Below, piece after piece: positions 20,782-30,881 of a stretch of 64,000 nucleotides of DNA. Location of the stretch: positions 186,001 to 250,000 of IMG/VR virus record IMGVR_UViG_3300030673_000004. One strand, written 5' to 3'. Under the pieces are notes generated by a model, which saw only the letters and a list, made by a program, of their open reading frames with translations, was not told the DNA's origin and made no database searches. How positions within the stretch are numbered: position 1 is the stretch's first letter; every line of letters starts with the position of its first letter. The position numbers were made by a program, and so were the translations under genes.

Positions 20782-20969
20782 AGGTGCTGCTGCTTGATGC
20801 GCTTTTCAAGTTGCTCTCGAAATTTGTTCACAATGTCATCTACGGACAGTTGCTGTGTTTTAACTAATTCTTCAATACGGCCAACAGGTAGCAAGTCATC
20901 TTCTTTTCTGTCGTAGTACAAGAAATCGGAAACAAGATCCTTAATTGTATTAAATACTTGATCACGCAT
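20778..20969 (-). CDS. hypothetical protein
   Basis: ORF with AAGGA RBS; DFLYYDRKEDDLLP. Confidence 0.6.
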   Translation of the reverse strand: MRDQVFNTIKDLVSDFLYYDRKEDDLLPVGRIEELVKTQQLSVDDIVNKFREQLEKRIKQQHL

Positions 20970-21150
20970 GTTGTATGCTTCCTTTAGTTTTTAACGTATT
21001 TATAGTTATGCCTGATGTACCTAGCGGCATTTTGTTTTCTTTGTTGGTCGTTTTCTAAAGCTATATGGGCTGTCAAATCCTTTTGATGCTGCGATAACTT
21101 TGTCTCTAAGTCATGCACGCTATTCCGTATAGATTATTTTTGTCTACATG

Positions 21151-21696
21151 TCAAGCTGAAATAGACATACGTGCCGAGTCCGTGCGGTATTCTTCGGCTA
21201 CGGGTAAACAGGAGACTATGATTTTGCGGGTTTCTCGTTCTTTGCTAATAATTCGTCCAGTAAGTAGCTGGCCAACGCGGAATGCATCTGCTGGTACTCG
21301 AATGTTACGTACAGGCAACTTAGATAGGGGAACAAAACATTCTAGGCCATCTGTTGTTTGGACGATTACACCACGATCTAAGAGACGCATGATGGGTACT
21401 GCTATTGTTTTTCCAATTGGGTAGTTTGCACCGATCACATCCCAGGGATCCTGTTGCATTGCTTTGAGCGATACTTGAATGCGACAGTTTTGGATATCAA
21501 TAACTGTTACTTTGCACCTAATTCTATCTCCTACCTGTAGGACAGTTGCTGGGTGCTTTACATTTCTAGACCAACTGATATCATGTAGATGTAGTAGGCA
21601 AATCACTTCTTCATCTGTTTCAACAAAAGCACCGAAAGTTGTAATTCCTGTAACAGTGCAGTCTACGATATCACCTACTTGCATTTTATTAGACAT
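21151..21696 (-). CDS. ribosomal protein S1-like protein with two S1 domains
   Basis: GDIVDCTVTGITTFGAFV...LLHLHDISWSRNVKHP...SLKAMQQDPW, then a second S1 repeat; GGAGG upstream of ATG 21696. Confidence 0.85.
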   Translation of the reverse strand: MSNKMQVGDIVDCTVTGITTFGAFVETDEEVICLLHLHDISWSRNVKHPATVLQVGDRIRCKVTVIDIQNCRIQVSLKAMQQDPWDVIGANYPIGKTIAVPIMRLLDRGVIVQTTDGLECFVPLSKLPVRNIRVPADAFRVGQLLTGRIISKERETRKIIVSCLPVAEEYRTDSARMSISA

Positions 21697-21764
21697 AATT
21701 AACGAAATTCCTCCAAGTGTTCCCATCAGTTGTTTTCCATAGGTCGCTCTGTTTGTGCCCTGGA

Positions 21765-22010
21765 TCATTGCCCTGGTTTATTCCTAGCAGGGCGACAAAC
21801 ATGTATATTATCATGTTCATCACATAGCCGCCATCGTTTTTCAGGCGTCCACGTACCATCCCAACCATTAACATTTTCCCAATGCAGTTTGTCTGCACCA
21901 CAATGATCGCACACCTTACCAAATACTTCTAGTACAGCATCTGCATCATCCCAGCCGGGGTCATCTTGGTCGGGCATGCAGTCGTGGCCCATGTCATGAG
22001 CGTAACTCAT
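21765..22010 (-). CDS. small Cys/His-rich hypothetical protein
   Basis: CDHCG...W...HVC. Confidence 0.55.
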   Translation of the reverse strand: MSYAHDMGHDCMPDQDDPGWDDADAVLEVFGKVCDHCGADKLHWENVNGWDGTWTPEKRWRLCDEHDNIHVCRPARNKPGQ

Positions 22011-22013
22011 CAG

Positions 22014-23078
22014 TTATATGTTTACTTTCCAAAGATCTTTGTGGTCCAGGAGATAGGAAAGTATTTGATCAAAGCCAATATCCCTCGTGAATAGAAAGAC
22101 TTGCATATTATCAGTAGGCACATGTTCTTTTGTTAAGCACTTTATTCTATAGTGGGTTGTTTCGTTTACTTCAGTCGGAATGTGTGCTATAGTTGTACGT
22201 TTATAGTCATCCTGCGTATCAATTTCAATATGGTACTTGTTGTTTTCTGCGTCTAAGAATTCAATAAGCGCTTTTGGTGTGTTCTGTTCTTCACAATCCC
22301 ATGAATTCAAATCTGTTCTGCTTAAGCTAAAGACGGCGAGCGTGGTGCTCCAGCTTTCTGGTAGTATATGCTTCAGATAGTTACATAGTGCCTCTTGCGT
22401 GTGATCAAAGAGTTGTGGGGTACCACGTAGATTAGCATAGATGTTGTCGTATGCCATTTTAGGGTACGCTAGAGGGTGGTGATAAATATATTGAAAGACA
22501 TAGTTATCAAATAAAGCTGCTGTTTTGTGTCTAAAGGCTGCTAGACATTTAGTACCAATAGCTATATACACATAGAAAAACAGACCACCGATTAGAAGGG
22601 CAGGCCAACCAGCAAAGGCTCGTGTTTTAACGCATATGATATGTGTTGTAGGCGCACTAAAATAAAATGCGCACACCGTAAAAATAGTTAGACTGACGAT
22701 AATTCCCATAGATAGAAGCAAGTCTTGTGCGTCACGTGACTTATATACGTAAAGCCTTTCAATCTTGTGGTAGAGTTTGTTATGCGTAGTGTTCTTCAAA
22801 TTTGGTTTGTATACATCATGTTTCTTAAGCTTATATGGTAGTATTCCAATTATAGCACCTATTGCTATACCTGGTGTGCTCATGAATAGAACTTGAGCTA
22901 GTAGCCAACTTACGGCACAGAGTCCGGCTGCTAATGTATTTGCTGTACCACAGGCGTCAAACCAGGTATGCCATGCATCTGCTGATACAATGTTTAGAGA
23001 GAAGCCTATAATTACGGAAATACTTCCGAAAAGGGCTGCTCCAACCTTCATAGCGGTTGACTGCTTCATGTTAATCAC
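22014..23078 (-). CDS. membrane protein
   Basis: about four hydrophobic segments in the N-terminal half. Confidence 0.65.
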   Translation of the reverse strand: MINMKQSTAMKVGAALFGSISVIIGFSLNIVSADAWHTWFDACGTANTLAAGLCAVSWLLAQVLFMSTPGIAIGAIIGILPYKLKKHDVYKPNLKNTTHNKLYHKIERLYVYKSRDAQDLLLSMGIIVSLTIFTVCAFYFSAPTTHIICVKTRAFAGWPALLIGGLFFYVYIAIGTKCLAAFRHKTAALFDNYVFQYIYHHPLAYPKMAYDNIYANLRGTPQLFDHTQEALCNYLKHILPESWSTTLAVFSLSRTDLNSWDCEEQNTPKALIEFLDAENNKYHIEIDTQDDYKRTTIAHIPTEVNETTHYRIKCLTKEHVPTDNMQVFLFTRDIGFDQILSYLLDHKDLWKVNI

Positions 23079-23080
23079 TT

Positions 23081-23404
23081 TTAGTCCTCAGTATGTATTG
23101 TTTGAGTAACAATCCGAAGCAATTCAGGTTCCCACGGAGTACAGAATGAGTGGTATCCTGAGCGTTCTACCCGAATACAATATCCTGGTTTACCTGGTTT
23201 CTTGTGAAGAATAGCATAAGACTCATCTTTAGCAAAGATTTGGCTCTGCGCATTAGCTTCTCTAAATATGAGTGTCTTTTTATGCTCCATAGCATCTTGC
23301 ACCAGACGCTGGATATTTCCAGCATCCTGGAAAATGCCGATGAAGTCTTCGCAACCTGCGGCTATGCTGTGTGATACTTCATACCTATAGTTGAGCAATA
23401 TCAT
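23081..23404 (-). CDS. hypothetical protein
   Basis: coupled ORF. Confidence 0.55.
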   Translation of the reverse strand: MILLNYRYEVSHSIAAGCEDFIGIFQDAGNIQRLVQDAMEHKKTLIFREANAQSQIFAKDESYAILHKKPGKPGYCIRVERSGYHSFCTPWEPELLRIVTQTIHTED

Positions 23405-23688
23405 TTATGCTCACTGCTGTCTATGGGTGAGAATAAGGTATCCGTGCGCGTTGTATCTGTCGTTTCGCTGTCTCTTGTCTCTACGTACAAGATATAGTTG
23501 TCAGATGTTTGGACAATAAACCGATATTTTTGATCGGGAATCGGAGTTACACGTCCTGTAGGGTAGTCTTTCTGGACAGACAATAGGCATTGTGTGTTGT
23601 CAAGTGGATCTACTTTGCTGCTTCTATGCTTGTTGCTGCATGCAGCAAGTGCAAGAACACTCAAGAGTACAAAAATCCTGTTTTTCAT
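23401..23688 (-). CDS. putative lipoprotein
   Basis: MKNRIFVLLSVLALAAC lipobox. Confidence 0.7.
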   Translation of the reverse strand: MKNRIFVLLSVLALAACSNKHRSSKVDPLDNTQCLLSVQKDYPTGRVTPIPDQKYRFIVQTSDNYILYVETRDSETTDTTRTDTLFSPIDSSEHK

Positions 23689-24231
23689 TTATGCCGCCCT
23701 CAACTCAGGTGCATAGGCAAAATCACGAAGCACTCGCTTCATAATGCGTTCATCAAACAAATCAATGAAGTCATCACAATGAAGCAGTAGTTCATTGGAA
23801 GTGCATGTAGAGGTGCCTACAAGCACTACCTGCTTCCCTAAGTCATCACGGATGTATTGAACAGCATCTACTAGATCACCATCACCGTTTGCCAGAATCA
23901 GCCGATCATAGGAATTGTTGTGGGCAAACTTGATAGCATCAGTAGCAATACCAACATCAATACCGCGCTCAACTGTGATATCACCGTTGCAGTGTCCACA
24001 AGTTTTGATTTTGGTGCTATAGGTAAATACCTGTGTGCGAATTTCTGTCGTAAGCCAAGTATGGAAGGCTGCTTGCTTTGGTTCATTGTGACAAGTAAAC
24101 CAATGAGATCGGTCAATCTTTCCGAATTTGGCCTCAAGCATAACACGGATCTTTTTCAAATCAATGCTGGGGGATGACATTTTAGCGAGGGCAATCATAA
24201 AGCCCCCATCCATGATAAGCATATTCTTCAT
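23689..24231 (-). CDS. NYN/LabA (PIN-fold) domain protein
   Basis: IMDGGF, ERGIDVGIATD, LILANGDGDLV, SNELLLHCDDFIDL. Confidence 0.85.
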   Translation of the reverse strand: MKNMLIMDGGFMIALAKMSSPSIDLKKIRVMLEAKFGKIDRSHWFTCHNEPKQAAFHTWLTTEIRTQVFTYSTKIKTCGHCNGDITVERGIDVGIATDAIKFAHNNSYDRLILANGDGDLVDAVQYIRDDLGKQVVLVGTSTCTSNELLLHCDDFIDLFDERIMKRVLRDFAYAPELRAA

Positions 24232-24318
24232 GGTATTAATCTTTCTTTATTACTATTATTGCATTTTATAGAAAGCAGGTACACTTATTTATGTATACCT
24301 GCTTAGTCATCGCTTAGG

Positions 24319-24741
24319 TTAGCGAGATACCTGATGATGCGTTCCACGACGGACACGCTCGGGATCAGCACGGAACTGTGGCTTGATCTTGCGCGTGCAA
24401 CTGTTCCTGTACGCATCCCACACACTGGTGCGCAGAGTAGATGACTCCACATCCATATTCCATGCAGCCTGAAGCAGGCTTACAAGGAGTCCGTCAGTGA
24501 GGCTACGCAAGGCAGCTTCCCGACCATGTACGCGATCAAAGCGCTCCGTGCTGTCGTTGATTGCACTGCCCACAATCTTAGCCTTGTGTGCCGTGCCGTT
24601 CTGATACAACTCCAGAACAGCCTCAGTCGTGCGACGACGGAAGCGAGATCCTTTAACTTCCTGCTTTCGCTCGGCAGGAATCTTCGTATAGTTGAAGAAC
24701 AGCTTCAACGTGGTGGCATCCGTCAGTTTGATCGTCAGCAT
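24319..24741 (-). CDS. hypothetical protein
   Basis: ORF with AAGGA RBS. Confidence 0.65.
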   Translation of the reverse strand: MLTIKLTDATTLKLFFNYTKIPAERKQEVKGSRFRRRTTEAVLELYQNGTAHKAKIVGSAINDSTERFDRVHGREAALRSLTDGLLVSLLQAAWNMDVESSTLRTSVWDAYRNSCTRKIKPQFRADPERVRRGTHHQVSR

Positions 24742-24757
24742 TTATGTTTCCTTTTGG

Positions 24758-25678
24758 TTAGATGTTCTCTGTTCCACTAGTAGCCCCTGCGATATCAACA
24801 GGTGGCTTTCCTTCAATTTCAACTTGCACATGTACCTCAACACCTTCAGGTGTTTTAACCACAGGTGCTGCTGTCTGTGGTGCTTCTACCATAGACGGGA
24901 GAATGAATCCAGGGATATCATTCTCCTTAAGCTTACTCGTATCCACTTGGACAACGATCAGAGAAATACCTGTGGGGATAGTCTGTGCTCGAAGTCCAAG
25001 ATGTCGCGAGTGCAGATCATATGTGCGTTCCAACTCATTGATCCGTGTGTTGATTTTCCGGAGACTCATGTGCTCTGTAGCAAGTGTTTTCAATCCAGCA
25101 TTTAGCTCTGGGGATCGCTTAGTGTCCTCTTTGGAATCCATTTTGTAAACATTTGCACGAAGCACACCCATACGAGTTGTGGAAAGATCTCGATACATCA
25201 GGTACATCCCGAGATCCGTTTGGATGCGGTTTAGCAGTTCATTATTGCCCATTTCCACTTCGGCACTGATGCGATGTCGTCCAAGAGCACCAAGCACCAG
25301 ATTGATGAGTTTCTTGTTCTGCGCTGCTGTGCTAGCTTCCCATACACCAACCACGGATGCGTCCGTTACGATCTCCTCATTGAAGAATGTTTCGGTTTTG
25401 TCCGGAAGTTGCGTGCGAGACAGAGTGACTGTGCTGCGATCAACATCAGGCCCAATGAGTGGCACCATATCTGTGTCCACAAAGGCAAATGCTGTCAGGT
25501 AGAACCGCTTCGGTGCTGACTCATGTCCCCAATCAGATGACGACTGGGTGACAGCGAATTTGATACCGATAAGAGCATCTGCTAGGGAGTGCTCTGAGAG
25601 TTGGCCAGCAAGCCCCAGGTTGATTCGGCATTCAGATGGGCGGAAGCGACGCATGCGTTCTCCATGACAAGGTTTCAA
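24758..25678 (-). CDS. hypothetical protein
   Basis: 306-aa ORF after a promoter at 25693-25721; start uncertain. Confidence 0.65.
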   Translation of the reverse strand: MKPCHGERMRRFRPSECRINLGLAGQLSEHSLADALIGIKFAVTQSSSDWGHESAPKRFYLTAFAFVDTDMVPLIGPDVDRSTVTLSRTQLPDKTETFFNEEIVTDASVVGVWEASTAAQNKKLINLVLGALGRHRISAEVEMGNNELLNRIQTDLGMYLMYRDLSTTRMGVLRANVYKMDSKEDTKRSPELNAGLKTLATEHMSLRKINTRINELERTYDLHSRHLGLRAQTIPTGISLIVVQVDTSKLKENDIPGFILPSMVEAPQTAAPVVKTPEGVEVHVQVEIEGKPPVDIAGATSGTENI

Positions 25679-25751
25679 GTTAGGTAGAGTTAAATATACT
25701 TTTAATACGTACCGTTGTCAAGGTGACAAGTGGTTAAACTTCTTATTAGCC

Positions 25752-27236
25752 ATGCCTACTACCCAAGAACAACAGTCTGATACTCAAGAGCGGCCTATCT
25801 GGGAGCGATATGGGCACTATCGCCCGTATGTAAGAAACTCCACAGAGTCAGCTCAAGATAAAGCTTTAACTAATTTTTTCTTTGCTGTGTCTGAGATAGA
25901 CAAGTATCTTGGTGGTGATGCTGCCGAGCTTGTCACACGAGAGCATACTTGGAGCGGTATAAAGCCATCCCCTGATGGTGAGATTCCTGTTTTTGTGTAT
26001 TATAACATAGATCGACGTAGACTACTTCAAACAGTAAAACAGTACTTTGAAGTAAAACTTCGTCTTCCTCTGTCTAGGATGGCTTCTAGCGTAGCTAATC
26101 GAATTAGATATGCGCGTGAGATAGAAAATCTAAAAGCTAAGAGTCTTGAGATTAATAAAGTTCTTACTCTGTTAAACGACAGGTATGTTTTTGCAGCTTT
26201 AGGTCAGCATATTCTAACAGTACCGGATCACACAGATAATAGGCTTGTACATGTATGGGAGTTCACTGAGTTGGGTTATGTCCGAGCTGCTGTGTACGCA
26301 CTAGCGACTGCTGGGCTGCCATTCAACGGCCCCTTAAATGCCCAGCAGGCACAAGAATCTAATGTTGCTACTTCGCCTATAGATACTCATGAGATCAGCC
26401 ATGCTCTGCAATTATTTTTCTCAGAAGCTACTAAGCAGAGAATTACTCTTCCAGCCATGCCTGAGGCTGAAGATTTTAATCGGGCTAATGATATATTTGC
26501 TTATGAGTTGTCTAATGCTACTACACCAACAGCATCAGATTATTTTAAGACGGTTTCAGAGATGTCGGGTGTTCCTTCTAAGTTTTTAGAGTCGGCTCAG
26601 TATTTGAGTGAGCATTTGGCTACTTCTTATAATCTTAAGCTGTATTTGATAGCAGTTGTACATGAGCAAGGATCGGCTGACTGGTCCTACTTCACAGATA
26701 AGCAAGCAGCTCAAATATACTTGGCGTATCGTGCCATTATATCTAATCCTATTGTTCGTTCACGTATAGATAAAGTTTTTGGTGAGAGTGAGTCGTTCAA
26801 GAGTTATAGTCAGTCTGACGATGTAGCTGACTTTGTATTCAATTTCCTCTTACATCCGGAAAAAGCTCATGTTAATATATTAACAGCTTTTTCTTTTGAC
26901 GAGAAAACACGATACAGATCAACAGCAGACATTAAATCAATAGTCGGTTTATATTTAGCACGTGAGCAAAACACTGTTGTATTTTCTGAATTTGACGCTA
27001 AAGCTGTGCTAGAAGAGCTTCTTAATAACCGAGATCACATGGATGCTCACGGTGATGAACTTATGGAAGCCTTAACAACTACAGGTAAGTGGGCTAACAT
27101 AATTGATTTAGCTTATTCTATATTTGGTGAGCAGAAGATGCTTCAGATAGGCAAAGCTCGTACTCTGGAGCTAGATGAAGATCCTGAAAAACGCATTATA
27201 AAATTTACCACCTTACTCAATATGTTGTTTACATGA
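25752..27236 (+). CDS. hypothetical protein
   Basis: 494-aa ORF. Confidence 0.75.
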   Translation: MPTTQEQQSDTQERPIWERYGHYRPYVRNSTESAQDKALTNFFFAVSEIDKYLGGDAAELVTREHTWSGIKPSPDGEIPVFVYYNIDRRRLLQTVKQYFEVKLRLPLSRMASSVANRIRYAREIENLKAKSLEINKVLTLLNDRYVFAALGQHILTVPDHTDNRLVHVWEFTELGYVRAAVYALATAGLPFNGPLNAQQAQESNVATSPIDTHEISHALQLFFSEATKQRITLPAMPEAEDFNRANDIFAYELSNATTPTASDYFKTVSEMSGVPSKFLESAQYLSEHLATSYNLKLYLIAVVHEQGSADWSYFTDKQAAQIYLAYRAIISNPIVRSRIDKVFGESESFKSYSQSDDVADFVFNFLLHPEKAHVNILTAFSFDEKTRYRSTADIKSIVGLYLAREQNTVVFSEFDAKAVLEELLNNRDHMDAHGDELMEALTTTGKWANIIDLAYSIFGEQKMLQIGKARTLELDEDPEKRIIKFTTLLNMLFT

Positions 27237-27946
27237 CACAAGATGAAACGTTCAATAAAGTTTATGATTTAGCTGCCGAGGGGCGCTCTGATGTTTTGAT
27301 TGCACGTGAGCTAAATATGACATTAGCTCAAGTTATGCGGATACGATCTAGTTTTACTCCCGGTGGAGCACAGGCACATGAAGTACGACAAGTTCAACAG
27401 ACAACTCAGTCTGTAAGCACTCCTCAAGGCAGTTTAACAGTAAGAGCAACTGCTATTTCTAACCAACAGCCTGCACCTGCTCAGAAAATTAAGCCTAAGG
27501 AGATGCTGGAGCGTCTCGCTATTGAGATAGATGAGTGTCTTGTCGTAGCCTTATCTGAGTATAAAGCAGATCCTACGTCGGAGACAGGTTATAATGCTTT
27601 ATCCAGCTTAGCGACTACTTTTAAGGAATTGATTAAATCACGTGAATCTCTAGATGATCCACAAGAGATTGCTGAGTCTGTTGTGCTGCAGATTTTACGT
27701 CCTATGATATATGCGGTATTGAAAAGCTTGATTACATCTTTTGATCATGTAAACAAAGAATTATCTCTAACATTTAATTCAGATAATCAGAGGCATAAGT
27801 TCAAAGAGGCAATTCAAGATATGTTGAAGTCTCTGACATCTGATATAAAAGTAGATTATAATAGAGGTGTTCATACATTAGAAGATGTTTATGGTGTAGA
27901 TTTATCCCATCTATTTTTGAAAAAGGCAGATTCTACTGATGTTTGA
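27233..27946 (+). CDS. helical protein with N-terminal HTH
   Basis: YDLAAEGRSDVLIARELNMTLAQVMRIR. Confidence 0.65.
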   Translation: MTQDETFNKVYDLAAEGRSDVLIARELNMTLAQVMRIRSSFTPGGAQAHEVRQVQQTTQSVSTPQGSLTVRATAISNQQPAPAQKIKPKEMLERLAIEIDECLVVALSEYKADPTSETGYNALSSLATTFKELIKSRESLDDPQEIAESVVLQILRPMIYAVLKSLITSFDHVNKELSLTFNSDNQRHKFKEAIQDMLKSLTSDIKVDYNRGVHTLEDVYGVDLSHLFLKKADSTDV

Positions 27947-30296
27947 AGTTGCTTTAGCTGCGGATCCTACCAAAGTTAAGTTTGTTGGTCAGGGTGACTT
28001 GTCATCTGTTACAGTTGGCTTTGAGTTTGAGTTTATTTGCAAGACTCGTATATGGCCTGAACTAGGTAAGCGGGTAAGAGAGCAGTTAGGTCCTGTTGGT
28101 GCCGTTACTAATTTATATGGTAAGCACCACGGCAGGGAAGATACTTTAACTGCTTGGCATATTACGGGTGACACATCTATTAAAGATTATAATCTGGGTG
28201 ATTCTGATGATGAGCCTCCTCGTGAGGCCGGTGAAACAGACGCTGCATATAATGCACGTATTGATAAAGCTCTGGGTGAGACAGGTGTAGAATTGGTATC
28301 TCCTGTGCTAAAAGCAACAGACGCGGTTGCCACGTTGAATAAAGCTCTAACGCTGCTTAAGAGTATCGACGCACGGACTAACAGCTCTTGCAGTATGCAC
28401 GTTACGTTAGGTCATCCTAAGATAAAGGACTACTTAGACCCAATTAAATTTGCCATATTTTTGGGTGATGATAAAATTCTACAGCGTTTTGAGCGAACAA
28501 GTAATGAGTATGCTCATAGTATATTAGATGCTGTCCGGGAGTCCTTGGCAGATGCTAGTTCTTTTCACGAGAAAGTTCAAGATGCTGATACAGAGCAGGA
28601 ATCTGATGATTCTTGGGATCCGGATCAGTTAGAACAGGAGATTGAACAGACACCTTTTGAAGTAATGAAGACCGAGTTGCTGTCGAAATCAGCTAAGGGC
28701 GCGGGCTTCATCCATGATGGTCGTAGGAAGCTACTGACATACTTGACCAAGTTTAATTCGGGTATCTATGATGATAGGTACCACTCGGTAAATTTGCAAA
28801 AAGTAAATTCAAATGTAGTGGAATATAGAGCTATTGGGTCTAATTATCTAGGCGAAAATCCGGCTGCTCTATCAGGCATGGTTCGTAGGATCATGTATGC
28901 GCTGCTCGTAGCTGTTGGCGACGTGTCTAGTCCTAAGCTAGATCAAGCCTATGCGGCTCTTCTAACTCGTAGATTTGGTTTGTCAGACCCCTCACGGGAG
29001 GACAAGTTGATAAAATCTGCGGGTGGGTCAGCAGGTTCTGTAACACCTTATGTGTTTACTAGAGCAATACCTATCGGTTCTGATTTGCACTTAGATGTGA
29101 CAATGCAGGTTATACCAGACTATGCATTAAATTGCATACGTTTTTCTGTTGTATTTGCTGTTATTCGTGATAATGCAAGTGTTTTAGGTCATTCTCATGA
29201 TTTGGTATCTCTTAAATATATAGGTAAAGTATCTTTTAACAGAGACGTTAAAACAGGAAAACTTACCTTCGGTGGTGCTAACCATACAGATGTTTCAATA
29301 GACCATCATACAAAAAGCGGATCTGCTGCCTATCTTACAAGGCAAGAGGTCGCTAAAATTTATGCAGAGATCAAAGCAATAATAGCAACGCCTACTAATC
29401 CTTATCTAAATAATGGCTGGAAAGCTCTTGCGATTACGTCACGTTCTTACGGTTTATCGCCTGCTGATGCCATTAATATTATCCGGGTTGGTCGTAGTTC
29501 CTTATTTTCTAAGGATAACAACGAAAGGCTTAAGGATTTAATGGCCTATTTAGTTGTCCAGCATATGAATCCTACTGATGTTCAATCAAAGTATGCTGAG
29601 AATAAAAATGAGCATGTTGATAGGGCTAGGACATTCCTAAAAGGAAATGCATTTGGTCAAGTAGTTAGTATGTATCATATGGATGTGGATGATCTAGTGG
29701 ATAACTTGGGTATTGTTTTATATAAGAAAGCTAAGCAGCGTATAGTAGATCCGTTTAATCTAGATCTTTCTGGATTTGTACCAAATATGACATTGTATAA
29801 TGTAGCTGGTAATTCGTTAGCTTTAGCTGGTATGGGTTACTTTACTAGTTATGCTGAGGTCGGTGATTTTATTGTTAATCACTTTGTAGCAAGTAACTCC
29901 GTAGTAGCTACGTTAGCAACACTCAGTTCTTATCTACTTAGTGCTGCGCTGAGGCTACGGGAGTATCTTCATGGCTTGACAGCTTACAATCTGTCACAGA
30001 TGGCTACTGATTATGCTCGTTATGCTGGTATCTTAACACAAGAGTATTCTGATAAGATTTCCGCGCAGTTTAGGCTTGGGTCAAATTTCTCTACAATGCT
30101 CTTTAATGCCTCCCGTGATACTATTTGTGTTCAAATTGTGTTGTACGTGTATAAGTACAAATTCAATAATGCACTGTTGGGTAGTTCTGAAAATCTAGAG
30201 GAAGCTCTAGGTTTTCTTTACTCTACAGACCCTCGTCTGGTACATTTCTGGCAGCGTACTGTAGTTCCTGCTTTGTTGCACCAATCACAGCAATAA
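27939..30296 (+). CDS. Amidoligase_2 (COOH-NH2 ligase) family protein, paralog 1
   Basis: VGFEFEF, WHITGDTSI, GVELVSP, TNSSCSMHVT, YHSVNL, VEYR. Confidence 0.85.
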   Translation: MFEVALAADPTKVKFVGQGDLSSVTVGFEFEFICKTRIWPELGKRVREQLGPVGAVTNLYGKHHGREDTLTAWHITGDTSIKDYNLGDSDDEPPREAGETDAAYNARIDKALGETGVELVSPVLKATDAVATLNKALTLLKSIDARTNSSCSMHVTLGHPKIKDYLDPIKFAIFLGDDKILQRFERTSNEYAHSILDAVRESLADASSFHEKVQDADTEQESDDSWDPDQLEQEIEQTPFEVMKTELLSKSAKGAGFIHDGRRKLLTYLTKFNSGIYDDRYHSVNLQKVNSNVVEYRAIGSNYLGENPAALSGMVRRIMYALLVAVGDVSSPKLDQAYAALLTRRFGLSDPSREDKLIKSAGGSAGSVTPYVFTRAIPIGSDLHLDVTMQVIPDYALNCIRFSVVFAVIRDNASVLGHSHDLVSLKYIGKVSFNRDVKTGKLTFGGANHTDVSIDHHTKSGSAAYLTRQEVAKIYAEIKAIIATPTNPYLNNGWKALAITSRSYGLSPADAINIIRVGRSSLFSKDNNERLKDLMAYLVVQHMNPTDVQSKYAENKNEHVDRARTFLKGNAFGQVVSMYHMDVDDLVDNLGIVLYKKAKQRIVDPFNLDLSGFVPNMTLYNVAGNSLALAGMGYFTSYAEVGDFIVNHFVASNSVVATLATLSSYLLSAALRLREYLHGLTAYNLSQMATDYARYAGILTQEYSDKISAQFRLGSNFSTMLFNASRDTICVQIVLYVYKYKFNNALLGSSENLEEALGFLYSTDPRLVHFWQRTVVPALLHQSQQ

Positions 30297-30419
30297 AAAA
30301 CCGCTGATGGGCGCTCCATCAACGGTTAGAGCAGGTACCAAAGTCATCCGATACAAACACTTCGTTCGCACCGTTTTCTTCTGCTCATAAAGAAAAGATA
30401 CAATTAATATGTGTCCCTG

Positions 30420-30704
30420 TCAACCTAATTTAGGTGGTTCCGGACACCAGTTGCTGATTAATGTATCCATCTCACCGTCTAAGAGCTTTCTGGGTAAGAG
30501 AGCCATAGGTCGTGTGTTCCAAGCACTTATTGCATCTTCTGTAGAGTATTTAGCTGGTCCCACACAGTAACAGTCGCAGCATCGTAGGTAAAACAGGTTG
30601 TTCTGCACGGCAAGTAGCCGTGCATGTAAAGATCCGCAGAACGGACATTCTGCAGGTATAACAGATCCTAGAGGCAACTCAGTGATCTCAGGCAACTCTG
30701 GCAT
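30420..30704 (-). CDS. Lar-like restriction-alleviation zinc-finger protein
   Basis: CPFCG...CCDC..VGP...AISAWNTR. Confidence 0.7.
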   Translation of the reverse strand: MPELPEITELPLGSVIPAECPFCGSLHARLLAVQNNLFYLRCCDCYCVGPAKYSTEDAISAWNTRPMALLPRKLLDGEMDTLISNWCPEPPKLG

Positions 30705-30881
30705 CAGAACTTCTTTCTGTGGGCACCGTAACAAAAAAATTTCAACGTTTAGCACGCAACCAAGAGCTTGAAAAAAGTTCTCAACTTTTTGGTGCTCTTC
30801 TTGATTGCTTGCCTGCTATAAGTTCCGGTGAGATGAGGCTGGATCCTCTCAAAGAAGTTTTCATATCCAATGACTTAAAAG

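Noticed and set aside
27233-27946. Terminase small subunit
   Set aside because: An HTH plus helices is compatible, but no large terminase is adjacent and there is no specific motif.
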